Shown here: positions 53,856-63,190 of the stretch, piece by piece
How positions within the stretch are numbered: the first letter of the stretch is position 1
Layout: the number at the start of each line of letters is the position of its first letter
Assembly: GCA_023459795.1 (NCBI GenBank)
Contig: JAEWSP010000001.1
Location: 17,242 to 81,241, forward strand
Source of the DNA: Bacillota bacterium
GTDB lineage: Bacteria; Bacillota_I; Bacilli_A; RFN20; CAG-288
Reading direction: 5' to 3'
Length of the DNA: 64,000 bases
The notes under the pieces: generated by a model
Database searches by the model: none
What the model was told of the DNA's origin: nothing
Seen by the model: only the letters and a program-made list of their open reading frames with translations
Position numbers and translations under genes: made by a program

Positions 53856-54359
53856 ATGGCAGTAAAAAAGTTAGGTCATATCGTCAATACCTACGGGCTC
53901 AAAGGAATGGTCAAGATCTCCGTCTCTACAAGCTGCAGCGAAGATCGTTTTGCACTTGGAAAGACAGTTACTATCAAGAACCAAAGCAACGAAGATACGG
54001 ATTATAAGATTGTTTCCGTCTTACATAAGAACGATAGAATTGTTTATGTTGGCTTTGATGGGTTCAAAGACATAAACGAAGTGGAATGGATGATAGACAG
54101 AGATGTCTTCGCAAACATCCGTCCTAAGAAGGGTTCTTTCTTCTATGATGACTTAGTCGGGATGAACGTTCTTTCCGACAAGAACGAAATTCTCGGCCAG
54201 GTCACGAATGTCGTCAAGATGCCTCAAGGAGATTATCTCCTTATCGGAAATATCCTTGTCCCTTTCAAGGAAGGTCTTTTCGTCCAGGAAGTCGATAAAG
54301 CAAAACAGACCATTCTCCTTACGACGCTTGGAACGGAAGCCTATCAGTCCGGCAAGTAG
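53856..54359 (+). CDS. rimM: 16S rRNA processing protein RimM
   Basis: MAVKKLGHIVNTYGLKGMVKI is the typical RimM N-terminus. GGAG lies 6 nt before ATG 53856. Synteny supports the call. Confidence 0.88.
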   Translation: MAVKKLGHIVNTYGLKGMVKISVSTSCSEDRFALGKTVTIKNQSNEDTDYKIVSVLHKNDRIVYVGFDGFKDINEVEWMIDRDVFANIRPKKGSFFYDDLVGMNVLSDKNEILGQVTNVVKMPQGDYLLIGNILVPFKEGLFVQEVDKAKQTILLTTLGTEAYQSGK

Positions 54360-54362
54360 AAC

Positions 54363-55142
54363 ATGATCACCATCAAGATCATGACGGTCTTCCCGGAGTT
54401 CTATAACGAATTCCTGAAATCCAGCATTATCGGGAGAGCTATTTCCCGTGAGCTCGTGCAATTCAAGATCATCAATATCCGGGATTATTCCCTGGATAAG
54501 AACCATCGAGTCGATGACCATCCGATCGGTGGCGGTGCCGGACTTGTCATGAGGATGGAACCCTTGATGGACTGCCTAAGAGCCAACACAACCAAATATT
54601 CCTATAAGATCCTTATGGGCCCAAAAGGCAAACGGTTCACCCAGTCGGATGCCAGATACCTAAGCAAACGCTCGGATATTGTCCTTATCTGTGGCCATTA
54701 CGAAGGAGTCGACAGCCGTTTCGAGGATTATGTCGATGCCCAGTATTCCATTGGCGATTTCATCCTTACCGGCGGAGAGATTCCGGCCATGGCAATGGCT
54801 GATTCCATCGTCCGTCTTCTTCCCGGAGCCATCGCCGATGATTCCACGAAAGAAGAATCCTTCAATGACGGACTCCTGGAATACCCGCAGTATACCTACC
54901 CGAAAGAATACGAAGGGAAGAAGATTCCGGATATCCTCTTCTGCGGCAATCACCAAGTCGTAGAAGACTACCATCGGCAGCAGGCCCTTAAAGAAACCAT
55001 CGAGAAGAGACCTGATCTCATTGAAAAGATGTCCTATAACCGTAAGGATGCCCAACTGATCGAAGATATCAAGCATCATAAGAACGGCATTGAAAAAGAA
55101 GAAGAGATAGCCATGGAGAAAGGGAAACGTTTCCTTAAATAA
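54363..55142 (+). CDS. trmD: tRNA (guanine37-N1)-methyltransferase
   Basis: …RDYSLDKNHRVDDHPIGGGAGLVM… and ICGHYEGVDSR motifs, supported by synteny. Confidence 0.93.
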   Translation: MITIKIMTVFPEFYNEFLKSSIIGRAISRELVQFKIINIRDYSLDKNHRVDDHPIGGGAGLVMRMEPLMDCLRANTTKYSYKILMGPKGKRFTQSDARYLSKRSDIVLICGHYEGVDSRFEDYVDAQYSIGDFILTGGEIPAMAMADSIVRLLPGAIADDSTKEESFNDGLLEYPQYTYPKEYEGKKIPDILFCGNHQVVEDYHRQQALKETIEKRPDLIEKMSYNRKDAQLIEDIKHHKNGIEKEEEIAMEKGKRFLK

Positions 55143-55145
55143 AGA

Positions 55146-55179
55146 CAGGGATGGAGGCAACCCTCCATCCCTGTTTTTT
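55146..55179. terminator. Bidirectional terminator shared by the convergent trmD and ffh genes
   Basis: 12-bp stem CAGGGATGGAGG-CAAC-CCTCCATCCCTG (55146-55173) followed by TTTTTT. Its T-run overlaps the ffh stop codon. Confidence 0.8.
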
Positions 55180-56527
55180 ATTGCTTCGTCGTCATATGCA
55201 TCAAGGCACGCATCATCTGAGGATTGTTTTGCATCATCTTTATCTGCTTCTTGGAAGACTCGAATCCCTCGATCAGCTTCGTGACTTCCTTAGCGCTTCG
55301 ACCGGAGCCTTTGGCAATCCGAAGCTTGCGGCTCGACTTGATAAGCTCAGGGTGCTTTCTCTCCTCCCTGGTCATGGACTGGATGATGACTTCCGTCATC
55401 TTCATGGTGCTCTCCGCCTGATCCGTCTGCTCCTCACTCATGCGGGGCATACCCGGAATCATTCGGAGGATGGACTTCAGCGGCCCCATCTTGTTGATCT
55501 GCTTCATCATGCTAAGCATATCGTTCATGTCGAAGAGGCCTTGCTGGATTCTGCGTCCGGTCTTTTCGGCCTGCTTCTGATCGACCTTCTCCTGGATGCT
55601 TTCCACAAGGGAGACAATGTCGCCCATGCCAAGGATCCTATCTGCCATTCTATCCGGATAGAAGTTTTGGATGTCGGAAAGCTTTTCTCCGACACCGACA
55701 TACTTGATTGGAAGAGAGGTCAGCTTCTTGATGGAAAGAGCAGAACCGCCACGGCTATCGCCATCAAACTTGGTGAAGACTAGACCGGTAATGTTGATTT
55801 CCTTATGGAAGGTAAGAGCAACGTTGACCGCATTCTGGCCGACCATGGAGTCCGCCGTCAGAAGGGTTTCATCGACTTCGACGGATGCCTGGATATCGGC
55901 AAGTTCCTTCATCAGCTTGCTATCGATTTCGAGACGTCCTGCCGTATCAAGAATCAGGACATCGAAGGATTCTGCAACAGCCTTCTTATAGGCGGCCTTT
56001 GCAATTTCCACCGGGGATGTCCCCGAGCGATCGGAATAAGTGGTAACTACAGGATCGGCCTTGAGGCCGAGGTTGGTAAGCTGATCGATAGCAGCCGGAC
56101 GATAGATATCGAGGGCTCCAAGAAGAACCTTCTTATGGTTCTTGGTCTGATAGAGGTTGGCAAGCTTTGCAGCACTTGTCGTTTTTCCGGTTCCCTGTAG
56201 ACCGACCATCATAATGACTGTCGGCTTTCCGTCCAGGCGGAAAGAGATATCGTTGTCTCCCTCGCCAAGAAGGGAGACCATCTTGTCATGGCAGATCTTG
56301 ACGATCATTTCTCCAGGGGAAACCTGGGTCAGGACTTTCTGGCCGAGGGCTTCTTCCCGGACTTCGGAAATAAAGGAAGAGACAACATCGTAATTGACAT
56401 CGGCTTCCAGAAGTGCCTTCCGGACCTCCTGGAGTCCTTCGTCCATATTCTTTTCCGTCAGACTCGCCTGATTCCGCATCTTCTTGAAGATGCGTCCAAG
56501 CTTGTCTCCGAGATTTTCAAATGCCAT
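55178..56527 (-). CDS. ffh: Signal recognition particle protein Ffh (SRP54)
   Basis: GLQGTGKTTSAAKLA, DTAGRL and a Met-rich M-domain (…MMKQINKMGPLKSILRMIPGMPRM…). Confidence 0.95.
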   Translation of the reverse strand: MAFENLGDKLGRIFKKMRNQASLTEKNMDEGLQEVRKALLEADVNYDVVSSFISEVREEALGQKVLTQVSPGEMIVKICHDKMVSLLGEGDNDISFRLDGKPTVIMMVGLQGTGKTTSAAKLANLYQTKNHKKVLLGALDIYRPAAIDQLTNLGLKADPVVTTYSDRSGTSPVEIAKAAYKKAVAESFDVLILDTAGRLEIDSKLMKELADIQASVEVDETLLTADSMVGQNAVNVALTFHKEINITGLVFTKFDGDSRGGSALSIKKLTSLPIKYVGVGEKLSDIQNFYPDRMADRILGMGDIVSLVESIQEKVDQKQAEKTGRRIQQGLFDMNDMLSMMKQINKMGPLKSILRMIPGMPRMSEEQTDQAESTMKMTEVIIQSMTREERKHPELIKSSRKLRIAKGSGRSAKEVTKLIEGFESSKKQIKMMQNNPQMMRALMHMTTKQ

Positions 56528-56873
56528 GCAGGAATTCTCCTTTCAGATCCTGCAAGAACTTTTCCTGTTCCTGAGGATTTTTCTCTGCTTCTTCAATTCT
56601 CTTCTCCAGCCATATAGCCTTCTTGGAAAGATGAAGTGCCTCCTCGTATTCATCCAGCTCCTTCTCCCCTTCCCTAAGGGAAAGATAGACGGCATTCCTA
56701 GAAACGGATTCGTTCTCGGCAATCTCGCTCAGGGAATAATCGTCCAGGTAGCAGTTCTCCATCCTTCTCCGGATAGTAGCGGAGAGGAGCGGACCATAGA
56801 GGAGAAGAAGAGTCGAATAATGCTCTTTTCTTTCCAGTGGTTCCTGGGGCTTGGCAGTTATTTCTTTTTTCAT
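56517..56873 (-). CDS. ylxM: YlxM/p13-like putative DNA-binding protein (UPF0122)
   Basis: …LLLLYGPLLSATIRRRMENCYLDDYSLSEIAENESVSRNAVYLSLREGEKEL… is the typical sigma-70 region-4-like YlxM sequence. ATG 56873 overlaps the upstream stop (ATGA). Confidence 0.8.
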   Translation of the reverse strand: MKKEITAKPQEPLERKEHYSTLLLLYGPLLSATIRRRMENCYLDDYSLSEIAENESVSRNAVYLSLREGEKELDEYEEALHLSKKAIWLEKRIEEAEKNPQEQEKFLQDLKGEFLHGI

Positions 56874-57130
56874 TGGATCATGTAGGAGATGCAGTCCAGG
56901 ATAACAAAGGCTGTTCCGGTTCCGAAAACAATCTTCCAGAAGTTCGGAGACTTCATATACTGGCTCCATTTCATTTCCCTAGACCGGGAAGTCAGGGCAC
57001 AGAAGAAGGCTAGGACGGTGGAGGAAATGATGCTGGCAACAACCGGATTCCCGCCCAAGGCAACCGTCAGATAATAAACCCCCATGTTCAGGAGAAACGC
57101 GAGAAGGCACCAGATAAGGAGAGACATCAT
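56870..57130 (-). CDS. Small membrane protein with three predicted TM segments, unknown function (86 aa)
   Basis: Three hydrophobic segments. The start overlaps the ftsY stop (caATGATG) and the stop overlaps the ylxM start (ATGA). Confidence 0.6.
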   Translation of the reverse strand: MMSLLIWCLLAFLLNMGVYYLTVALGGNPVVASIISSTVLAFFCALTSRSREMKWSQYMKSPNFWKIVFGTGTAFVILDCISYMIQ

Positions 57131-58194
57131 TGCTTGTCCTCCTCTAGGTTATCCTCTTCTCCGACAAGGAGACCATAGAGATAGGTATCGAGATCGAATT
57201 CCTGGAGATCGTCCATCTTTTCGCCGAGGCCGATGAACTTCACCGGAAGAGCGAGCTGATCACGGATAGCTAGGACAATGCCGCCTTTGCTGGTCCCGTC
57301 CATCTTGGTGACAACGATGCCCGTAAGAGGCGCAGCTTCCTGGAAGACACGAGCCTGATCAATCCCGTTCTGGCCGGTATTGGCGTCCAGAACCAGAAGA
57401 CATTCCTGGGGAGCTTCCGGAATCACCTTCTTCATGACACGGACAATCTTGGAAAGTTCATCCATGAGGCCTTTTTTGTTCTGAAGTCTCCCGGCCGTAT
57501 CGACAAGAACCAAGTCATAGGCTTCATTCTTGGCTTTCGTAAGACCGTCGTAGCAGAGAGAGGCCGGATCGGCATTCTCCTTGCTCACGATATCCACCCC
57601 GACAACCTTAGCCCAGTATTCCAGCTGTTCCACGGCTCCGGCCCGGAAGGTATCGGCAGCAACAAGAAGGACTTTCTTGCCCTGGATCTTGAACTTCCTT
57701 GCAAGCTTGGCAACTGTCGTCGTCTTTCCGGTGCCATTCACTCCGGTCATAAGAATGACGGTCGGACCATTCTCGGCAAGGTGGATTTCGGTCGAGAACG
57801 TTCCGCCCTTGTTGGCATATCCGACGAACATATTATCAATCAAAAGATCGTTGAGAGCAGACGGGTCGGAGATCTTTTCCGCAGAGGCTTTCTCGGCGGT
57901 TTCCTTGATCAGCTGCAAAGACAGAGTAACACCGACATCGGCTTCAATCAGGATTTTCTCTAGTCCGTCGAAATATTCCTGATTGACAACTTTGTTTGTC
58001 TTGGCAAGCTTTTTCAGCCGGTCCGTAAAGCCGACCCGGGATTTATCCAATCCCGAGATATACTTCGCCTGGATTTCTTCCTGGGTGGGAGCAGGGGCAA
58101 CCTTTTTTTCTTCCGGAGTTGCCTTCTTCTCGCCTTCGGTTTCTTCCTTCTTATGATGGCCGAACTTTTCCTTTAAGAAATTAATTAGACCCAT
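57127..58194 (-). CDS. ftsY: Signal recognition particle receptor FtsY
   Basis: GVNGTGKTTTVAKLA, DTAGRLQNK and TKMDGTSKGG. The start is ambiguous (ATG 58194 or GTG 58203) and overlaps the rnc 3' end. Confidence 0.92.
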   Translation of the reverse strand: MGLINFLKEKFGHHKKEETEGEKKATPEEKKVAPAPTQEEIQAKYISGLDKSRVGFTDRLKKLAKTNKVVNQEYFDGLEKILIEADVGVTLSLQLIKETAEKASAEKISDPSALNDLLIDNMFVGYANKGGTFSTEIHLAENGPTVILMTGVNGTGKTTTVAKLARKFKIQGKKVLLVAADTFRAGAVEQLEYWAKVVGVDIVSKENADPASLCYDGLTKAKNEAYDLVLVDTAGRLQNKKGLMDELSKIVRVMKKVIPEAPQECLLVLDANTGQNGIDQARVFQEAAPLTGIVVTKMDGTSKGGIVLAIRDQLALPVKFIGLGEKMDDLQEFDLDTYLYGLLVGEEDNLEEDKQ

Positions 58195-58882
58195 GGTCCT
58201 CACCTACTTTCTTGCTCAAGGCATCAAATGCGGCAGCCCGCTCTGCTTTATTATGGTTATGTCCTCTTCCTATTCCAAGGACCGTATTCCCAAGCCGTGC
58301 CTCGACAGTAAACTCTACGTCCTCCGTATTCAGGTTCTTCCGATCGACAATGACATAAACCGGGGATGCCCCGGAAAGAAGCGTTTGTAGCTGAGTCTTC
58401 GGATCCATATCATTCTGCTGGATCAGTTCCGGAGCCTGTTCAATCAAGGGCTGGAAGACTTTCTGCAGAAGAGAACGGACAAAGACATATCCCTGATCAA
58501 GGTAAACGGCAGCAATGAAAGATTCGAAGACATCTTCGTGGATCTTATGATGGTTTCTCTCGTTTGGCGCCTCGCCGACGGAATAGCGGATAAGAGGAGC
58601 AAAGCGGAACGTTTTTTCCGTAAGCTCCGTGAGGGTTGTTCCTTCCACAAGACGGGAACGCATTTTGCTTAAGAGCCCGGAATCCGCCTTCGGATAGGTA
58701 TGGAACAGAAAATCGGCAATAATCATATCCAGCAAAGAATCCCCTAGGAACTCCAGACGGTCATAGCTCTGGCATTCGGGGTGTTCGTTGGTATAAGAAG
58801 CATGGGTAAAGGCACTCTCGTAGAGGGAAAGTGTATTCGGCTTGATTCCTAGTTCCTTGAGTTTTTTCTCAAGAGCTTCCAT
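58181..58882 (-). CDS. rnc: Ribonuclease III
   Basis: Signature ERLEFLGDSLLDMIIADFLF and a C-terminal dsRBD. The start overlaps the plsX stop (TAATG). Confidence 0.93.
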   Translation of the reverse strand: MEALEKKLKELGIKPNTLSLYESAFTHASYTNEHPECQSYDRLEFLGDSLLDMIIADFLFHTYPKADSGLLSKMRSRLVEGTTLTELTEKTFRFAPLIRYSVGEAPNERNHHKIHEDVFESFIAAVYLDQGYVFVRSLLQKVFQPLIEQAPELIQQNDMDPKTQLQTLLSGASPVYVIVDRKNLNTEDVEFTVEARLGNTVLGIGRGHNHNKAERAAAFDALSKKVGEDHGSN

Positions 58883-59871
58883 TAGGCAATCTCCTTATGG
58901 ATGGAGTCTACGATATTGGCATCCACCATTTCCTTTGCAACACGAAGGGCATGGTAGAAAGCATAAGCATTAGAGGAGCCATGGGCCTTAACAACAACAC
59001 CATTGATGCCAAGAAGGATTGCTCCGCCAAATTTCTTGTAATCGATTGCTTCCTTCATAGCGGCGATCTCTTTTCTTTCGAACAGGTATCCAATCTTGGT
59101 AAGAAGGTTTTTCTTGAATGCCTTCTTCAGATAGGAGCTAACCATCAAAGCCGTTCCTTCCGTAGACTTCAGGAAGATATTGCCATCAAAGCCGGACGTA
59201 ACGACTACGTCGTGCTTACCATCCAGGACGTTCCTAGCCTCCGCATTCCCCTGGAAACCAGGAAAACCGGAATCCTTCAGCATATGGTAGGCAGAAACAA
59301 TTTCGTCTCTTCCTTTTCCTTCTTCCGTTCCGTTGGTAAGAAGGTAAACGGAAGGTTGTTCATAATGAATAATATCCCGGGCAAAGATTTTTGCCATCTT
59401 GGCAAATCCGACAAGCTCTTCTGCAGTATTTACATTATTCGCACCAACATCCATGACGACAGCCGGGCGATGAATATCCAGTGTTGGCATCGGAGTGCAG
59501 AAGCCAGCACGGCGGACTCCGTCAATGTTCTTAAGGAGTGCGGTTGCTCCGGTAACAAGGCCGGGAGTAGAACCAGCAGAGACGACGGCATCGGCCTCTC
59601 CTTCCTTGACAGCCAGAATCGCCTGGTATAAAGAAGAATCCTTCTTGCGGAGGAAATCCAAAGGTTTGACTTCCATCGGGACGATATCGTTGGTGTCCTT
59701 AATGATTACCCGGGAATCCCCGGCGTCTTTGAAGAGGGGGACAAGTTTTTCCTGATTACCGAAAAGAAGGAAAGTGACATCAGAATGATCCCGAAGAAAG
59801 CGGAGAACGCCTTGGGATAATTCTTCAGGTCCTTTGTCCGAACCCATCATATCAATAGCTATGCGTTTCAT
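58882..59871 (-). CDS. plsX: Phosphate acyltransferase PlsX
   Basis: MKRIAIDMMGSDKGPEEL… and …ILLGINGVVVKAHGSSN…. Confidence 0.93.
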   Translation of the reverse strand: MKRIAIDMMGSDKGPEELSQGVLRFLRDHSDVTFLLFGNQEKLVPLFKDAGDSRVIIKDTNDIVPMEVKPLDFLRKKDSSLYQAILAVKEGEADAVVSAGSTPGLVTGATALLKNIDGVRRAGFCTPMPTLDIHRPAVVMDVGANNVNTAEELVGFAKMAKIFARDIIHYEQPSVYLLTNGTEEGKGRDEIVSAYHMLKDSGFPGFQGNAEARNVLDGKHDVVVTSGFDGNIFLKSTEGTALMVSSYLKKAFKKNLLTKIGYLFERKEIAAMKEAIDYKKFGGAILLGINGVVVKAHGSSNAYAFYHALRVAKEMVDANIVDSIHKEIA

Positions 59872-59931
59872 AAATTTTCCTCCTCAAGAAAGTAATACTT
59901 AATTTTACCAAAAACAGGCCTTCTAAACTAG

Positions 59932-61917
59932 TTAGGCAATGAAGAACCCCGAGGGATCTGCTATGGTCTTTAAATAGGCAGCATTCTCGGGTTCCTGGGG
60001 GTCTTTAAGAATCTCTTCCGCGTTTTCCCTTGCCACCTGATAGATCTGAAGGTCGTTAACAAAATTTGCAACCATTGTCGTCCCTTTTCCGGATTGCTTT
60101 TCTCCACTATATATCCCGGCACCACGATGCCCAAGGTCAAACTCGGAGATCTTCAGTCCATCCGTATTGTTGGCTAAGAAATTCAGTTTCTCCTGGCTTT
60201 CCTTATCCGACCCATCATAGACAAACAAAGCCAAGGCAAAATCACCGCTACGGCCAATTCTTCCCCGTAACTGATGAAGAGAGGAGAGACCGAAGCAGTT
60301 GGCATCATAAACTATCAGCAAGCCAGCCGAGGAAACATCAATTCCGACCTCTACAACAGTTGTTGCAACAAGGATTGGTTTCTCATTTTCGAGGAAGGAG
60401 CGATATATTTTTTCCTGCTCTTCTTTCTTTATTCTTCCATGAAGAAGCTGAACCTGGTCCTCTCCGTATCGTTTAGAGAAATCCCGGAATACGGCAACAG
60501 CAGAGGAAGAAGAAGTCTTCTTTGTTCCTTCTTCAATCTTAGGAGCAACAACAAACACTTGCCTATGAGCGGCAATTGCTTTCTTTACGGCTTGATCAAT
60601 AATCGGATCGGTGGAACGGACAACGCCTGTTTTCACATTTCTCTGGCCATTCGGAAAGGCAAGCAGTGTCGAAACGGAAACATCGGAATGAATAATCTGA
60701 GATAGAGTCCTTGGAATAGGAGTTGCCGACATCATCAGAAAATCAACGGAGGGCCCTTTCTCGATCAGTTCTTCTCTTTGCCGGACTCCGAAGAGTTGTT
60801 GTTCATCAATAATAGCAAGACCTAATGCCGAGAAGGAGACCTTATCGGATAAGGCAGCATGTGTCCCAATCAAGATATCAATCCGTTTTTCTTTCAGGTC
60901 CTGAAGAAGAACCTGTTTATCAGATGCAGACTGTGTTCCCGATAGAAAGCGGACTTTAATAGAATAGCGTTCGAAAATCTTCAGTGCTTTTTGATAATGC
61001 TGTGCTGCAAGTTCGAAAGTAGGAGCGATAAGAACACCCTGAAGACCCCGGAGATAATTCGCATATAAAGTTGCAAAGGAGACAATGGTTTTCCCAGTAC
61101 CAACATCCCCTTGAAGAAGACGAAACATGATTGTATCGGATTCCATATCCAAAACAATATCGCGGATACATGTTAACTGATCGCCTGTAAGCTTAAACGG
61201 AAGTTCGCGGACAAATTGATTTACCATTTCATGTGAAATGGCCGTCTTCTTTGTTCTCTTCCTCTTTGCGGCATTCTGCTTTATTTTCAGGGAGTTTATG
61301 CAATAAGACAGTGCATCTTCGTATTTAAAGACACGCAAACCCGCATGAAGGTCTTCCTCACTTCTTGGCATATGAACGTTGCGGAATGCTGAATACTCAT
61401 CTATCAGTTTGTATTTCTCGCGATACCGGTTAGGTACTGTACTATGGTAAAGATCCGCCCCCATGGGATAGGCCAAAATTTTTCTGATTTCGCTAGAGAA
61501 GAAAGACGGAGAAACTGCTTTAGGCAAAGAATAACAAGGCTTTATGCCACTGATGACATAGGGAGAATCTAAATCATAGATTGCTGAAACAACGCAATAA
61601 TGACGCGCCTCGGAATAGTACAGAACAAAGAGCTTTGTCGCATTGCTTCTTAGTTTGCTGATATAGAAAGGCTGGTTGAAAACCATGCAGGAAAGTTTGT
61701 TCCTTACGACCGGGATCTGAAAACGGATTATGGAGCAATGGTATTTTTCTACACTTTTGATCTGTTCGGCAACGCCTTTAACAACATACCGTCTTCCATC
61801 AACCAACGGGAACTCAATAGCAGAAGGAACAAGAGATTCGTAGCGCGACGGAAAATGCCGGAGAAGGTCTTCCGGTGTTGTCGCATCCATAGCCTGATAA
61901 AGTTGTTCCTGATTCAC
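59932..61917 (-). CDS. recG: ATP-dependent DNA helicase RecG (short N-terminus, start uncertain)
   Basis: Wedge-region DLLRHFPSRYES, helicase motifs LLQGDVGTGKT and IIDEQQLFGV, and TRG-like QLRGRIGRS. Candidate starts are GTG 61917 and ATG 61890. The extension to 62007 is unlikely because it overlaps the IS flank. Confidence 0.85.
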   Translation of the reverse strand: MNQEQLYQAMDATTPEDLLRHFPSRYESLVPSAIEFPLVDGRRYVVKGVAEQIKSVEKYHCSIIRFQIPVVRNKLSCMVFNQPFYISKLRSNATKLFVLYYSEARHYCVVSAIYDLDSPYVISGIKPCYSLPKAVSPSFFSSEIRKILAYPMGADLYHSTVPNRYREKYKLIDEYSAFRNVHMPRSEEDLHAGLRVFKYEDALSYCINSLKIKQNAAKRKRTKKTAISHEMVNQFVRELPFKLTGDQLTCIRDIVLDMESDTIMFRLLQGDVGTGKTIVSFATLYANYLRGLQGVLIAPTFELAAQHYQKALKIFERYSIKVRFLSGTQSASDKQVLLQDLKEKRIDILIGTHAALSDKVSFSALGLAIIDEQQLFGVRQREELIEKGPSVDFLMMSATPIPRTLSQIIHSDVSVSTLLAFPNGQRNVKTGVVRSTDPIIDQAVKKAIAAHRQVFVVAPKIEEGTKKTSSSSAVAVFRDFSKRYGEDQVQLLHGRIKKEEQEKIYRSFLENEKPILVATTVVEVGIDVSSAGLLIVYDANCFGLSSLHQLRGRIGRSGDFALALFVYDGSDKESQEKLNFLANNTDGLKISEFDLGHRGAGIYSGEKQSGKGTTMVANFVNDLQIYQVARENAEEILKDPQEPENAAYLKTIADPSGFFIA

Positions 61918-61987
61918 ACCCCTATTATAGCGGATTAGGGAAAAGACGAAAAGGAAAGAGACCGCACCATTTCTGGAATGATCTCTT

Positions 61988-62131
61988 CCACTGTAGACAG
62001 CGCACACGAGCGATTCCCCGTTTTACCGGGCTGATTGGGTGGCTCTGGCCCAATGTCCTATCTGTTGGGCTTCAGCTCCCTTGCGGGTTCTCCAATAGGA
62101 GCATTTAGGGTGGCTGTCACCCCAAAGCAAA
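61988..62131 (-). ncRNA. Candidate TnpB omega-RNA (reRNA) scaffold plus adjacent guide region
   Basis: Dense hairpins lie immediately 3' of the tnpB stop on the same strand. They are UUUGGGGUG-ACAGC-CACCCUAAA (62104-62126), CCC-GCAA-GGG (62078-62087), GCCCAA...UUGGGC (62048-62070) and CCCG...CGGG (62017-30). Boundaries and the guide (roughly 61988-62007) are inferred. Confidence 0.45.
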
Positions 62132-63190
62132 TCAAATTAACGGCACGCCTATTTCCTTGAGACCTTCATCCCGGATGTTCAGTGCCGCATTGAGATCCCT
62201 GTCATACGTGTTATTGCAGCCATGGCAGTGAATCTCGCGATTCCTCGTATCTTTGCTCTCCGGATTCAAAGCACCGCAAGAATGACAAATCTGAGAACTT
62301 GGGAAATGCCTTGGAATTTGATGAAAGATACGGCCTTTCATTTTGCTTTTATACTCTAGTTGCCGGTAAAACTCCGCCCAGCCAGCATGGGAGATCGATT
62401 TGGCATATTTCCGTTCTTTTTCCATTTCTTGGACAGGTAGGCTCTCTGCAAAAATATATTGATACTCCTCCACGATTGCAGAAGTAGCCTTATGCAGAAA
62501 ATCAAGTCTCCTAGCAGCTATCCGTTCCTCTTTTCGAGCTAACCGATTCCGAATTTTCAGATATCTCCTACTTCCATAGTGGTGCCTTTTTAATTCTTTT
62601 TGAAGAGAAGCAATTGCTTCTTCCTCTTGTTCATAAAATCGCATGTTTGGAATTCTTTCCCCGTTTGAAAGAACAGCAAAATCCGTAATTCCTAGATCAA
62701 TACCTACCGCTTTTCGGTTAGGGACCAGTTTTTTGTCATTAAGGGAAGCAATTCTCATGGATAGAAAGAAGCGATCATTTTGTTCTTTCCGAATTGTTGC
62801 AGAACAAAGAGATCCGGGCAAGGACCTGAGCCCCCTCACCGGGACTTCTCCGAGAAATGGGATCGAAGCTCGCTCCGGGTTTCTAGATAAGACAAGGGAA
62901 TGATTCCGGCAAAGAAAAGAGAACGACTGGAAGCTATCGTTTTCTCCCTTATGTCTTTGATTCTTGTCTCGTGCGGCCTGCCTTGCCGAAGACTCCAAAA
63001 ATCGGGGAATAGAGACATCCGGGAAATCCGCTTCTTGACTAAGCAGTTCCTGGTTTTTGGTTCTTTCTCCCTTTTTTGAATAGGAATCAAGAACCTGATT
63101 GTAATACTTCCGAGAAGAAGATAGGATTTGCGAAATCACACCCGCCTGAAGCTTATTCGGATACATACGAACTTTCATACCAAGATACAT
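62132..63190 (-). CDS. tnpB: TnpB (IS200/IS605-family OrfB) RuvC-type RNA-guided nuclease, compact (352 aa), with the catalytic triad apparently intact
   Basis: RuvC-I AVGIDLGITDFAV, RuvC-II E in YIFAESL, Zn-ribbon CHSCG...CHGC and RuvC-III YDRDLNAALNIR. AGGAG lies 10 nt before ATG 63190. Confidence 0.88.
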   Translation of the reverse strand: MYLGMKVRMYPNKLQAGVISQILSSSRKYYNQVLDSYSKKGERTKNQELLSQEADFPDVSIPRFLESSARQAARDKNQRHKGENDSFQSFSFLCRNHSLVLSRNPERASIPFLGEVPVRGLRSLPGSLCSATIRKEQNDRFFLSMRIASLNDKKLVPNRKAVGIDLGITDFAVLSNGERIPNMRFYEQEEEAIASLQKELKRHHYGSRRYLKIRNRLARKEERIAARRLDFLHKATSAIVEEYQYIFAESLPVQEMEKERKYAKSISHAGWAEFYRQLEYKSKMKGRIFHQIPRHFPSSQICHSCGALNPESKDTRNREIHCHGCNNTYDRDLNAALNIRDEGLKEIGVPLI

